From: Betaproteobacteria bacterium
Lineage (GTDB): Bacteria > Pseudomonadota > Gammaproteobacteria > Burkholderiales > SG8-41
NCBI GenBank assembly: GCA_947486575.1
Contig: CANKUB010000002.1
Location: forward strand, 4,405-68,404
DNA length: 64,000 nucleotides
Reading direction: 5' to 3'
The notes under the pieces are model-generated. The model was not told the origin of the DNA, searched no databases, and saw only the letters and a program-made list of their open reading frames with translations. Every line of letters begins with the position of its first letter. The first letter of the stretch is position 1. Positions 1-8,850 of this stretch are shown piece after piece. The position numbers were made by a program, and so were the translations under genes.

Positions 1-2
1 AT

Positions 3-185
3 GCAAAATTGCCGCCACCGCCTCCGGTTGATCCGGAGAAAGCCGCGGAAGCTAAAGCAAAAGCCGCTGACGCCACCAAGAAGGCGCGCGAGCTTGAAGA
101 GAAATATATGGATCGCGCAGTAGAGCGCTACAAAAAAGAAAAGGGCGTCAAATCCGCTGTCGCGCCGATTGCTACAAAAAAATAG
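3..185 (+). CDS. 3' part of a small Ala/Lys/Pro-rich protein, truncated by the window edge; resembles the small exported protein found after formate dehydrogenase gamma-subunit genes in Betaproteobacteria
   Basis: Frame 3 is open from position 3 to TAG at 183-185: AKLPPPPPVDPEKAAEAKAKAA...YMDRAVERYKKEK. Not in the ORF track; family resemblance is from memory. Confidence 0.6.
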   Translation, partial: AKLPPPPPVDPEKAAEAKAKAADATKKARELEEKYMDRAVERYKKEKGVKSAVAPIATKK

Positions 186-319
186 ACGGCCATTTCTGTA
201 GCTTCTGCAGCATTGGTGAATTACTCCAGGTTGTTGCTCTGGTTGGCGTTTAGTTGCAGTCGAGAATAAGTCGGCATTAGCGCCGCAATAGAGAAGCCTG
301 TGTAGAATGAGCGGCTTCC

Positions 320-1024
320 ATGAATGACTTATCACAGGCGCTGGCCGCCGCTACCCATTTGGTTGTCAGTGCAGACGCGAATCTGCTTGTGATCGTCAGT
401 CGCAGTCTTCAGGTCAGCTTTGCAGCCGTCTTGATTGCTGCAGCCATAGGCCTGCCAGCGGGCGCAATTCTCGCGACCACACGAATCCCCGGACGCCAGG
501 CGGTGGTTGCGCTGCTCAATGCTTTGATGGGTTTGCCACCGGTGGTGGTAGGACTGCTTGTCTATCTGCTGCTTTCACGTGCCGGGCCACTGGGTGAATT
601 GGGTTTGCTGTTCACGCCGACGGCAATGATCATTGCGCAGGCCGTATTGATTACACCCATTGTTGCAGCCTTGTCGCGACAAGTGATTGAAGACGCGTGG
701 CGTGAGTATGAAGAGCAGCTGCGATCACTCGGTGCAGGCACGATGGCGGCCGCCATAACATTGCTATGGGACACGCGTTTCGCCCTGGCGACGGTGGTAC
801 TGGCAGGGTTCGGCCGCGCGGCTGCGGAAGTGGGTGCCGTGATGATCGTTGGCGGCAATATCGATGGTGTGACACGCGTAATGACCACCGCCATTGCGCT
901 GGAAACCAGCAAAGGGGATTTGCCGCTGGCATTGGCCCTGGGCATTGTTTTGGTGGCGATTATTCTCAGCGTGAATCTGCTGGCCCATTGGGTCAAGCTG
1001 ATTGCGCAGCGACACTACGGGTAA
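320..1024 (+). CDS. tupB: Tungstate ABC transporter permease
   Basis: Hydrophobic ABC permease with LMGLPPVVVGL and EVGAVMIVGGNIDGVTRVMTTAIALETSKG motifs; in an operon with TupC and TupA. Confidence 0.9.
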   Translation: MNDLSQALAAATHLVVSADANLLVIVSRSLQVSFAAVLIAAAIGLPAGAILATTRIPGRQAVVALLNALMGLPPVVVGLLVYLLLSRAGPLGELGLLFTPTAMIIAQAVLITPIVAALSRQVIEDAWREYEEQLRSLGAGTMAAAITLLWDTRFALATVVLAGFGRAAAEVGAVMIVGGNIDGVTRVMTTAIALETSKGDLPLALALGIVLVAIILSVNLLAHWVKLIAQRHYG

Positions 1025-1030
1025 TTCACG

Positions 1031-1735
1031 ATGTTGCCTCTGAAACTTGAAGCGCTGGGCTTTGCCGCGGGTGGGCGTGAGATCATAAAATCGATCACGT
1101 GTGAAATCCATTCAGGTACGCGCACCGTCATTCTGGGGCCTAATGGTGCAGGCAAGAGTGTTCTGATGCGGTTGTGCCACGGCTTGCTGCAACCTACCGC
1201 AGGCCTCGTCACCTGGATGCAGGAAGGCGCCATTCGACGGGTGCGCAGACAGGCGATGGTATTTCAGCGGCCCGTCATGTTGCGCCGCTCCGCTATGGGC
1301 AATGTCATTTACGCCCTCAAACTCGCGGGCATTGCCGCAGAAGAAAGCCGATTGCGGGCTGAAGACGTGCTCGAAGCCGTGGGCCTTGCCAATGTAGCCA
1401 CACGTCCCGCGCGTGTGTTATCCGGCGGCGAACAGCAGCGCCTGGCACTCGCACGTGCATGGGCGCTGGGGCCGGAAGTATTGTTTCTCGACGAGCCGAC
1501 CGCGAACCTGGACCCGAACGCCACACGCGATATTGAAAGCATCATCAGCGCCATACATGCCAGCGGCACCAAGATTATTATGACAACACACAGCCTGGGG
1601 CAAGCGCGCAGGCTCGGTGATGAAATTCTGTTTTTGAGTGATGGGCAGCTGGTAGAGCGTGCGTCGGTCGAAATATTTTTCAGGCAGCCGCAGTCACTCG
1701 AAGCAATAGCTTTTTTGCGCGGGGAACTACCTTGA
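1031..1735 (+). CDS. tupC: Tungstate ABC transporter ATP-binding protein
   Basis: Walker A GPNGAGKS, signature LSGGEQQR, Walker B LFLDEPT. Confidence 0.9.
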   Translation: MLPLKLEALGFAAGGREIIKSITCEIHSGTRTVILGPNGAGKSVLMRLCHGLLQPTAGLVTWMQEGAIRRVRRQAMVFQRPVMLRRSAMGNVIYALKLAGIAAEESRLRAEDVLEAVGLANVATRPARVLSGGEQQRLALARAWALGPEVLFLDEPTANLDPNATRDIESIISAIHASGTKIIMTTHSLGQARRLGDEILFLSDGQLVERASVEIFFRQPQSLEAIAFLRGELP

Positions 1736-2559
1736 TGCTGAAAAATATATCATTTAAAAACATATACTTATGTTTGTTTTTGTTAATCGTGATGAGTGCG
1801 CAGGCGCAGGATAAATTCATCACCGTAGCTTCAACCACATCCACCGAGCAATCTGGTTTATTCAAACATCTGCTGCCGATGTTCGAGAAAAAATCCGGCA
1901 TACAAGTGCGCGTGGTCGCGCTCGGCACCGGGCAGGCACTCGACATGGCGCGGCGCGGCGATGCGGACGTGGTGTTTGTTCACGACAAAGACGCTGAAGA
2001 AAAGTTTCTTGCCGATGGCTTTGGCGTAAGGCGCTTTGAAGTGATGTACAACGATTTTGTATTGGTCGGCCCCAAAAGTGACGCTGCCAGGATTGCAGGC
2101 AGCAAAGACATCATCGCTGCCTATAAAAAACTCGCCGATGCCAAAACACCGTTCACCTCACGCGGCGATAAAAGTGGTACGCACGCCGCCGAGATACGTC
2201 TGTGGAAAGCGGCGAATGTCGATCCGCAATCCGGCAAAGGATCGTGGTATCGCGAAACCGGCTCAGGCATGGGGCCGACGTTGAATACGGCGTCGGCGAT
2301 GAACGCGTATGCGTTTACGGATCGCGGCACATGGCTCGCGTTCAAGAATCGCGGCGAACTTGTGATCGTGGTTGAAGGCGATCAGCGCCTGTTCAATCAA
2401 TACGGCGTGATGCTGGTGAATCCGGCGAAGCACGCGCACGTAAAAAAAGAATTGGGGCAGGCGTTTATCGACTGGCTGGTTTCAGCCGAAGGCCAGCAGA
2501 CGATTGCGAGTTATAAAATCGGCAGCGATCAATTGTTTTTTTCGAACGCAAAAAAATAG
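1735..2559 (+). CDS. tupA: Tungstate-binding periplasmic protein
   Basis: Signal peptide ending AQA; ASTTSTEQSGL, GTGQAL..ARRGDADV.FVH and SRGDKSGTH motifs. ATG overlaps the tupC stop (TGATG). Confidence 0.9.
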   Translation: MLKNISFKNIYLCLFLLIVMSAQAQDKFITVASTTSTEQSGLFKHLLPMFEKKSGIQVRVVALGTGQALDMARRGDADVVFVHDKDAEEKFLADGFGVRRFEVMYNDFVLVGPKSDAARIAGSKDIIAAYKKLADAKTPFTSRGDKSGTHAAEIRLWKAANVDPQSGKGSWYRETGSGMGPTLNTASAMNAYAFTDRGTWLAFKNRGELVIVVEGDQRLFNQYGVMLVNPAKHAHVKKELGQAFIDWLVSAEGQQTIASYKIGSDQLFFSNAKK

Positions 2560-2579
2560 TGCGTCTGGTGGTGAGGTGG

Positions 2580-3230
2580 TTAGGTGAGCAGCGCTTCTTT
2601 CGGTCGCATGCCTTGTTTTTCCATCACGGATTGCAGCACTTCGTAGTAGTGCCAGCCGTTGATGCGGGTTCTGCCCAGAAATAGGGTGGGCGTGCTGGTG
2701 ATGCCGATGCGTTGCGCCTGCTTGACGGCATCCAGCGCACGCTCGGCGTAGTGACCTTCAGCCAATGCCGTTTCAAGTTCGGATGCATCCAGGCCCACGC
2801 GTTCTGCGGCAGAGAGCAGGGTATCGATTTCGCCGATGTCGCCACCTTCTGTCCACATAACATCGTAAATAGCTGTTTTATATGGGAAATCAAGGCCGTA
2901 GTCGCAGGCGAATTCAAGCGCTTCAAAGGCGTGGAAGCTGTATTGCCGCTTTTCGGGATACTGTCGTATGCGCGCAAACTGGTCGGGCGCCATTTCCTTC
3001 ATCCACGCATTGCGGCGCTCGGCTTTGGCTGTAGCATCGGCGCTGTTGTCGCGCGCGCAGCCTTCGGGTGGCGTATCCGGGTGCAGCCAGTGTGGGCGCC
3101 ACATCGGCGTGACGCCGTACTCGCTGGCCAGGCGGTCGATTTGCTCGACTGCCAGAAAGCTGTAGGGGCATACAAAATCCGCAAAAACAGCTACACGAAA
3201 CGGTTCTTTGATTTCAACGGTTGTTGTCAT
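2580..3230 (-). CDS. DsbA/FrnE-like thioredoxin-fold protein (DSBA / HCCA-isomerase family) with CxxS motif
   Basis: FADFVCPYSF near the N-terminus, WRPHWLHP, C-terminal GITSTPTL cis-Pro loop; no signal peptide; GGAG 7 nt before the ATG at 3230. Confidence 0.75.
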   Translation of the reverse strand: MTTTVEIKEPFRVAVFADFVCPYSFLAVEQIDRLASEYGVTPMWRPHWLHPDTPPEGCARDNSADATAKAERRNAWMKEMAPDQFARIRQYPEKRQYSFHAFEALEFACDYGLDFPYKTAIYDVMWTEGGDIGEIDTLLSAAERVGLDASELETALAEGHYAERALDAVKQAQRIGITSTPTLFLGRTRINGWHYYEVLQSVMEKQGMRPKEALLT

Positions 3231-3244
3231 CACATGTCTCCAGT

Positions 3245-4015
3245 TTAAATGGCTCTGGCCATGGCGGCTGCAGCTTCTACCGCGAGACCTTCGCCGGTTA
3301 TACCGCCTTCGAGTGCATCTTTGTCAAACGTCAAGAATGCCACGCTTGCCCCCGCATAGCCAGTGATAATCGGTTCAACGGCCTCGTTACTGCGTACATA
3401 ACGAAATCCCGGCGGGCCGATTTCCTGCCCGCCCACGATAACGGAACCTTCAAGCACAACCTCGTAGCGCCCGAAAACCGGCGCGGGCATTGACAGTGCC
3501 GCGTGCGCTGGCGTGCGCGTAACCACTGCAGCAGGACCAAAATCCGGCGGCATCAACAGTTTGAATGTTCCATCCTCCAGGCCAGGAAATGGCTGCCACT
3601 GACTATCCGACGCCAGTGACGCAAACAGCCGACCGCTCAAATTGATCTGACGCCGCGCGTCGTGATTGGTCATCGCAATAATGCCGCCGGCGCGAGGGTG
3701 CAGCACCAGCATATCGTGGCTGCCCGACACCGCGAACGGGCCGTACGGCATTTTGTGATCGGTATAGTGAATCGCCAGCGATTCCAGATGTTTAACGCCG
3801 CGCGGAAAATCCATCGCGCCGTTGAGCAGCAGTTGAAACTGCGACGTCAGATGCATGTGCGCATAAACGGATGGACAATCGTCGAAGCGGAATCGCATCG
3901 CCTCCGGGCCGCCATCATCGCCGGGCAGCAGCACCTGGCAGGCGAACGCAACGCCTTCGGAAACACTGCGTTTCCAGGGGGCGTTCGCGGAATCGACGAT
4001 GTAGCTTTGTTGCAC
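3245..4015 (-). CDS. Hypothetical cupin-like protein, probably two cupin barrels
   Basis: AHMHLTSQFQLLLNG (HxH) and IHYTDHKMPYGPF in the first half; degenerate second repeat GRYEVVLEGSV; GTG start. Confidence 0.6.
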   Translation of the reverse strand: MQQSYIVDSANAPWKRSVSEGVAFACQVLLPGDDGGPEAMRFRFDDCPSVYAHMHLTSQFQLLLNGAMDFPRGVKHLESLAIHYTDHKMPYGPFAVSGSHDMLVLHPRAGGIIAMTNHDARRQINLSGRLFASLASDSQWQPFPGLEDGTFKLLMPPDFGPAAVVTRTPAHAALSMPAPVFGRYEVVLEGSVIVGGQEIGPPGFRYVRSNEAVEPIITGYAGASVAFLTFDKDALEGGITGEGLAVEAAAAMARAI

Positions 4016-4108
4016 TTGACAGGCGATTTTGATGAGTAAAAACGTATTGTATGTAACCTATGCGATGATTGCAAAAGCAGAAAATTCCAATGGACAGAGA
4101 GGCAGACG

Positions 4109-4489
4109 ATGCGTTATCCAGGACTCACGTTACGCATTCTGGGCGCGGGTAATCCGGCGATGGGGCCCGCAATGGGGCCAGGCAAGGCCGCACTGATTTC
4201 TCAGATCGTAGCCAGTGGTTCGATTTCAGCCGCCGCGCGCAACATGGGCATGTCATATCGACGCGCGTGGCAACTGGTAGAAGCCATCAACGCCAGTTTC
4301 ACTGAGCCGGTGGTGCTGACGGCGATTGGCGGCAAGCGCGGTGGTGGCGCGTCCGTGACAGACTTCGGGCGGCAATTGGTGGCGCAATTTCATGCTATGG
4401 AAGACAAAGCTTCGGCAGCGATTGCGGATGATATCGCCCGGCTGTCGCAGCAATTGCGCAAGCCCATTGCGCGAGGCAAGGTTCGCTAG
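4109..4489 (+). CDS. modE: ModE-family winged-helix regulator (HTH only, no TOBE domains)
   Basis: GPGKAALI...GSISAAARNMGMSYRRAWQLV...GGKRGGGASVT; directly upstream of modA. Confidence 0.85.
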   Translation: MRYPGLTLRILGAGNPAMGPAMGPGKAALISQIVASGSISAAARNMGMSYRRAWQLVEAINASFTEPVVLTAIGGKRGGGASVTDFGRQLVAQFHAMEDKASAAIADDIARLSQQLRKPIARGKVR

Positions 4490-4526
4490 CCCGCACCGCG
4501 TTTTTGATTGCACAATGACAGGGAAC

Positions 4527-4552
4527 TCGTTATATTCTTTTATATATAACGA
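4527..4552. promoter_or_regulatory. ModE operator
   Basis: Perfect inverted repeat TCGTTATAT-N8-ATATAACGA ending 23 bp before modA; matches the established ModE box CGTTATAT...ATATAACG. Confidence 0.9.
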
Positions 4553-4575
4553 TAACGACGGCAACAGATAACTGT

Positions 4576-5370
4576 ATGTTTTTATTGAATAAAGTTTTAT
4601 CTCCTTTATCAGATATATCACTCCTGGCAGCCCTGTGGGTGTTTACCTTGCCTGGCGCATTTGCACAGACAGGCGCGGACACGACCATTTACGCGGCAGC
4701 CAGCCTGAAGGAAGGTCTCGATACTTTGGCCCGGCAATTCGCAAGGCAGGGCGGAGGCAGCGTGCGCATGTCGTATGGCGCCAGTTCTGCGCTTGCACGG
4801 CAAATTGAAAAAGGCGCACCAGCGGATATGTTTATTTCCGCTGATCTTGAGTGGATGTATTATCTCGATCAACGCAAGCTTATACTTGCGGGTTCACGGG
4901 TAAACCTGTTGTCGAACCGGCTGGTGCTGATTGCGCCTGCCGACAGCAAAACGGTTTTGACGATTGCACCAGATTTTCCGCTCGCGGTGGCGCTGGGTGT
5001 GAATCGGCTGGCGATGGCCGATCCAGCCAGCGTGCCCGCCGGCAAGTATGCCAGGGCCGCGCTGCAGAAGCTTGGTGTGTGGCCTGCGATTGCGCCCAAG
5101 CTGGCTCCGGCTGAAAACGTGCGTGCCGCGTTGGCGCTGGTAGCCCGCGGCGAAGCACCGTACGGCATTGTTTATCGCACCGATGCGATTGCCGAGCGCA
5201 AGGTGCGTGTGGTTGGCGAGTTCCCGGCAAACTTGCATCCGCCGATTGTTTATCCGGCAGCGTTGCTCGCCGACAGGCGCTCCAAATCCATTGATGAATT
5301 ACTGCGTTTTTTGCAATCACCCGGAGCGCGCGCGGTGTGGCGTGAGTATGGTTTTGTGGTTGAAGGGTAG
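4576..5370 (+). CDS. modA: Molybdate ABC transporter substrate-binding protein
   Basis: YAAASL, GASSALARQIEKGAPADMFISA, DPASVPAGKYA, AENVRAAL, GIVYRTDA. Confidence 0.95.
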   Translation: MFLLNKVLSPLSDISLLAALWVFTLPGAFAQTGADTTIYAAASLKEGLDTLARQFARQGGGSVRMSYGASSALARQIEKGAPADMFISADLEWMYYLDQRKLILAGSRVNLLSNRLVLIAPADSKTVLTIAPDFPLAVALGVNRLAMADPASVPAGKYARAALQKLGVWPAIAPKLAPAENVRAALALVARGEAPYGIVYRTDAIAERKVRVVGEFPANLHPPIVYPAALLADRRSKSIDELLRFLQSPGARAVWREYGFVVEG

Positions 5371-5372
5371 CC

Positions 5373-6080
5373 GTGATATCGGGCGAAGAAATCGGCATCA
5401 TTTTACTCAGCCTGAAGGTCGCGCTGTGGAGCGTGGCCATCAGCGTGCCGTTCGGTCTTGCGGCGGCGCATGTGTTGGCGCGCCGTGATTTCTGGGGCAA
5501 AAGTCTGTTCGATGCGCTGGTGCATTTGCCGCTGGTGTTGCCGCCAGTGGTGGTGGGTTACTGGTTGTTGCTGCTGTTCGGGCGGCGCGGACCGTTGGGT
5601 GCATTTCTCGAAGAATGGTTTGGTATTGCGGTGGCGTTTCGCTGGAGTGGCGCGGCGATTGCCAGTGCGATCATGAGCTTTCCGTTGATGGTGCGCGCGA
5701 TGCGTTTGTCGATGGAAGCAATTGACCCCAAGCTTGAAGCGGCCGCGCAAACGCTGGGCGCGGGGCGCCTGGGCGTTTTGCTCACCATTACGCTGCCGCT
5801 GGCGATGCCGGGTATTTTGACCGGCATGCTACTGGCGTTTGCGCGTAGCCTCGGCGAATTTGGCGCAACGATTACCTTTGTCTCCAACATTCCGGGCGAA
5901 ACGCAAACGTTGCCGCTGGCGATTTACGCTTTATGGCAGGTGCCGGGTGGCGAATCAGCGGCGCAGCGCTTGTGCGTGTTGTCGTTGATACTCTCGCTGG
6001 CGGCGTTGCTGTTTTCCGAAGCATTGGTGCGTCGCGCAAATCGCCGCATCAAGGGTTACGATGCTGTCCGTCGAAATTAA
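5373..6080 (+). CDS. modB: Molybdate ABC transporter permease
   Basis: HLPLVLPPVVVGY and FARSLGEFGATITFVSNIPGETQTLPLAIY. Confidence 0.95.
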   Translation: MISGEEIGIILLSLKVALWSVAISVPFGLAAAHVLARRDFWGKSLFDALVHLPLVLPPVVVGYWLLLLFGRRGPLGAFLEEWFGIAVAFRWSGAAIASAIMSFPLMVRAMRLSMEAIDPKLEAAAQTLGAGRLGVLLTITLPLAMPGILTGMLLAFARSLGEFGATITFVSNIPGETQTLPLAIYALWQVPGGESAAQRLCVLSLILSLAALLFSEALVRRANRRIKGYDAVRRN

Positions 6081-7140
6081 TCACGAGCAAGGCGACTTCA
6101 GCCTCGACGCTGTGTTTGAATGCGGCGCGGGTGTGACGGCGCTTTTTGGTCGTTCAGGTGCGGGCAAAAGCAGTCTGGTCAACGCCATCGCGGGGCTGAT
6201 ACGTCCGCGCAAAGGCCACGTCGTGTTCGACGGTGAAACGTTGTTTGATTCAGCGCATGGCATCCACGTCCGCGCGGGAAAGCGGCGCTTTGGTTACGTG
6301 TTTCAGGAAGGGCGTTTGTTTCCGCATTTCACTGTTCAGCAAAATCTTGTTTATTCTCACTGGTTTGATCGCGCGTTGTATTCGGCGAGTGATTTCGCAC
6401 ATGTGGTTGAACTGCTGGGCATCGGCGAATTATTGCAGCGTCGCCCAGCGCAATTATCCGGCGGCGAAAAGCAGCGCGTCGCCATTGGCCGCGCGCTGCT
6501 GGCCAAACCTCGCTTGCTGTTGCTGGATGAGCCGCTGGCCTCGCTCGACGCCGAACGCAAGCATGAAATTTTGCGCTATCTGCGTTTGCTGCGCGACGAG
6601 ACGCGCATCCCGATGATTTACGTCAGCCACGCGGTCGAGGAGGTGCTGGAGCTTGCCGATCAAGTGGTGCTGCTGGCGTCGGGCCGCGTGGTTGCTAGCG
6701 GTAGTGTAGAAGCGGTGATGGGACGGCCTGATCTGCGCCCATCGTCTGGCGTGTTTGAAGGCGGCGCGGTGATTGAGACGCACGTTATCGGCATTGATCT
6801 CGAAGACGGTCTTGCCACGCTGGGTTTTGATGGCGGCACGCTGACGGTTGGCAATTTTGATGCACAAGCGGGTGAGCGTGTGCGGGTGCGCATACGCGCA
6901 CGCGAAGTGTCAATTGCGCTGGTGCCGCCGCAGCAGATCAGCATTCAGAATATTTTGCGTGGCAGGATTGCTGCGATTGATGAAGCGCGCAGTGGTCGCG
7001 TCACGGTGATGATTGCAGTGGGTGCCGCAATGCTGCGTTCAGGCATTACACGGCGCTCCGCGCGCCAGCTTGCGTTGGTGCCGGGAATGGATGTCTACGC
7101 GTTGATCAAGGCGATATCCCTTGACCGGCACAGTGGATAG
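6061..7140 (+). CDS. modC: Molybdate ABC transporter ATP-binding protein with C-terminal TOBE domain
   Basis: GRSGAGKS, GYVFQEGRLFPH, LSGGEKQR, LLLDEPLASLD, C-terminal ITRRS...L.PG..VYALIKA. Confidence 0.95.
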   Translation: MLSVEINHEQGDFSLDAVFECGAGVTALFGRSGAGKSSLVNAIAGLIRPRKGHVVFDGETLFDSAHGIHVRAGKRRFGYVFQEGRLFPHFTVQQNLVYSHWFDRALYSASDFAHVVELLGIGELLQRRPAQLSGGEKQRVAIGRALLAKPRLLLLDEPLASLDAERKHEILRYLRLLRDETRIPMIYVSHAVEEVLELADQVVLLASGRVVASGSVEAVMGRPDLRPSSGVFEGGAVIETHVIGIDLEDGLATLGFDGGTLTVGNFDAQAGERVRVRIRAREVSIALVPPQQISIQNILRGRIAAIDEARSGRVTVMIAVGAAMLRSGITRRSARQLALVPGMDVYALIKAISLDRHSG

Positions 7141-7149
7141 CCGTAGAAT

Positions 7150-7175
7150 AATAATCAATAAAAACAAATACTTAC
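7150..7175 (+). repeat. Copy of the dispersed AT-rich IHF-box-like junction motif
   Basis: AATAATCAATAAAAACAAATACTTAC; 23/26 identical to the copies at 43502-43527 (-) and 60345-60370 (+). Confidence 0.7.
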
Positions 7176-7189
7176 ATTCACTTCTTGTC

Positions 7190-7687
7190 ATGAAAATATT
7201 TGGCTTTGCCGGTTACAGCGGCAGTGGCAAAACCACGCTGATCGAGAAATTGATTCCGTTATTCACGGCGCGCAATCTTAAAGTGTCGTTAATCAAGCAC
7301 GCGCATCACACCTTTGATGTGGATACGCCGGGCAAAGATTCATATCGTCATCGGCACGCGGGTTGCGCTGAAGTGCTGGTCACGTCGTCGCGGCGCTGGG
7401 TACTGATGCACGAATTGCGCGGCGAGGCCGAACCGGATTTGAATGAGCAGATCATGCACTTGTCGCCGTGCGATTTGCTGCTGGTTGAGGGTTTCAAGCA
7501 TGATCCGATTCCAAAGATCGAGGTCTATCGTGCGGTGACGGATGAGCCGTTGTTGCATCCGCATGACGCAAACGTGGTGGCGGTGGCGAGTGACGCGCCG
7601 TTAAACACTGCGCTGCCGCAGCTTGATCTTAACCAGCCGCAGCAAATTGCAGACTTTATGTTGAAGCATCTGGGATTTGACGCATAA
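7190..7687 (+). CDS. mobB: Molybdopterin-guanine dinucleotide biosynthesis protein B
   Basis: MKIFGFAGYSGSGKTTLIEKL, IKHAHH.FDVD.PGKDSYRHR, DLLLVEGFK; start moved to ATG 7190. Confidence 0.93.
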   Translation: MKIFGFAGYSGSGKTTLIEKLIPLFTARNLKVSLIKHAHHTFDVDTPGKDSYRHRHAGCAEVLVTSSRRWVLMHELRGEAEPDLNEQIMHLSPCDLLLVEGFKHDPIPKIEVYRAVTDEPLLHPHDANVVAVASDAPLNTALPQLDLNQPQQIADFMLKHLGFDA

Positions 7688-7694
7688 TATCGAT

Positions 7695-7949
7695 ATGATT
7701 ACCTTGCTTTATTTTGCACGACTGCGTGAAGCCTTTGGCATGGCGTCTGAACGAATCGTATTGTCTGCGGATACCCGTACGCTTGAAGGCGTACGCACAA
7801 TGCTGGCGGCACGCGGCGGCGCGTGGGCGCACGAGTTAACCGCGGGGCGTGCATTTCGTGCGGCGGTTAATCAATCGATTGCCAGCGGCGATACACCGAT
7901 AAAAGACGGTGATGAAGTGGCGTTTTTTCCGCCGGTGACAGGGGGCTGA
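7695..7949 (+). CDS. moaD: Molybdopterin synthase sulfur carrier subunit
   Basis: LYFARLRE at the N-terminus and DGDEVAFFPPVTGG (C-terminal Gly-Gly). Confidence 0.95.
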   Translation: MITLLYFARLREAFGMASERIVLSADTRTLEGVRTMLAARGGAWAHELTAGRAFRAAVNQSIASGDTPIKDGDEVAFFPPVTGG

Positions 7950-7955
7950 GAAAAC

Positions 7956-8417
7956 ATGGCTGTTCGTGTGCAAGCCGAAGATTTTGATGTCAGCGCGGAA
8001 ATCGCCACGCTGCGCAAAGATAATCCGCGCATCGGTGCGATTGCGAGCTTCATTGGCGTGGTGCGGGATTTGAACGAAGGCGACAGCGTTGCGGAGATGA
8101 CGCTGGAGCATTATCCCGGCATGACGGAAAAATCCGTCGAGGAAATTATCATGCAGGCGCGTGGCAGCTGGCAGGTAATGGATGCGCTGGTAATCCATCG
8201 CATTGGCACATTAAAGCCGCTGGATCAGATTGTGCTGGTGGTGGTGACCAGCGCCCATCGAGGCGACGCGTTTGCAGCCTGCGAGTTCATCATGGATTTT
8301 CTGAAAACGCGCGCGCCATTCTGGAAAAAAGAACAAACCGGCAAGGGTGCGCGCTGGGTTGATGCGCGGGCCGCTGACGATGCAGCGGCGGAACGCTGGC
8401 AGAAACAAGGTGAGTAG
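7956..8417 (+). CDS. moaE: Molybdopterin synthase catalytic subunit
   Basis: LEHYPGMTEK, HRIG.L, SAHRGDAF.ACEFIMDFLKTRAPFWKKE. Confidence 0.95.
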   Translation: MAVRVQAEDFDVSAEIATLRKDNPRIGAIASFIGVVRDLNEGDSVAEMTLEHYPGMTEKSVEEIIMQARGSWQVMDALVIHRIGTLKPLDQIVLVVVTSAHRGDAFAACEFIMDFLKTRAPFWKKEQTGKGARWVDARAADDAAAERWQKQGE

Positions 8418-8420
8418 TCC

Positions 8421-8807
8421 GTGAACGCCACGGGGTTGATGGCGGTAGGCGCAGGTGCCGCGATCGGCGCGTGGCTACGCTGGGTGCTAAGTTTGGGCCT
8501 GAACGCCCTTCTGCCCAATTTGCCGCTGGGTACTTTGACTGCAAATCTCGTGGGCGGTTTTTTGATCGGTGTGGCAGTTGAATTGTTTACCTTGCACCCG
8601 GTGCTTGCGCCCGAGATTCGGCTGTTTGTGATCACCGGGTTTCTGGGCGGGCTGACTACCTTCTCGACGTTTTCGGCCGAAGCGGTCAGCCTGATACAAC
8701 GTGATCAATACGGCTGGGCCTTCGCATTGATCGGCACGCATTTGCTGGGGTCGCTGCTGATGACCTTGTTGGGTATTGCTGTAGTGCGGGCGTTTATAAA
8801 TTATTGA
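8421..8807 (+). CDS. crcB: Fluoride efflux channel (CrcB/Fluc)
   Basis: [37 protein letters not shown]. Confidence 0.93.
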   Translation: MNATGLMAVGAGAAIGAWLRWVLSLGLNALLPNLPLGTLTANLVGGFLIGVAVELFTLHPVLAPEIRLFVITGFLGGLTTFSTFSAEAVSLIQRDQYGWAFALIGTHLLGSLLMTLLGIAVVRAFINY

Positions 8808-8850
8808 ATAAAAACAATAACTTATAATAAATGCAATACCCAATTTTCAG

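Noticed and set aside
186-319. Possible Moco/Wco riboswitch upstream of tupB (also checked before modA and mobB)
   Set aside because: No recognisable conserved structure by eye; an Infernal/Rfam scan would be needed to exclude it fully.
1733-1735. TGA at the end of tupC (and other TGA stops) as possible selenocysteine codons, prompted by the senB gene
   Set aside because: The proteins are complete at these stops, the tupC TGA overlaps the tupA ATG, and the DsbA-like motif is plainly TGC CCC TAC AGC (CPYS).
4157-4180. 12-bp tandem duplication in modE (AMGP AMGP)
   Set aside because: In frame, two copies only, in the N-terminal region; no evident consequence.
8417-8421. Fluoride riboswitch before crcB
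   Set aside because: Only 3 nt separate moaE and crcB, leaving no room.
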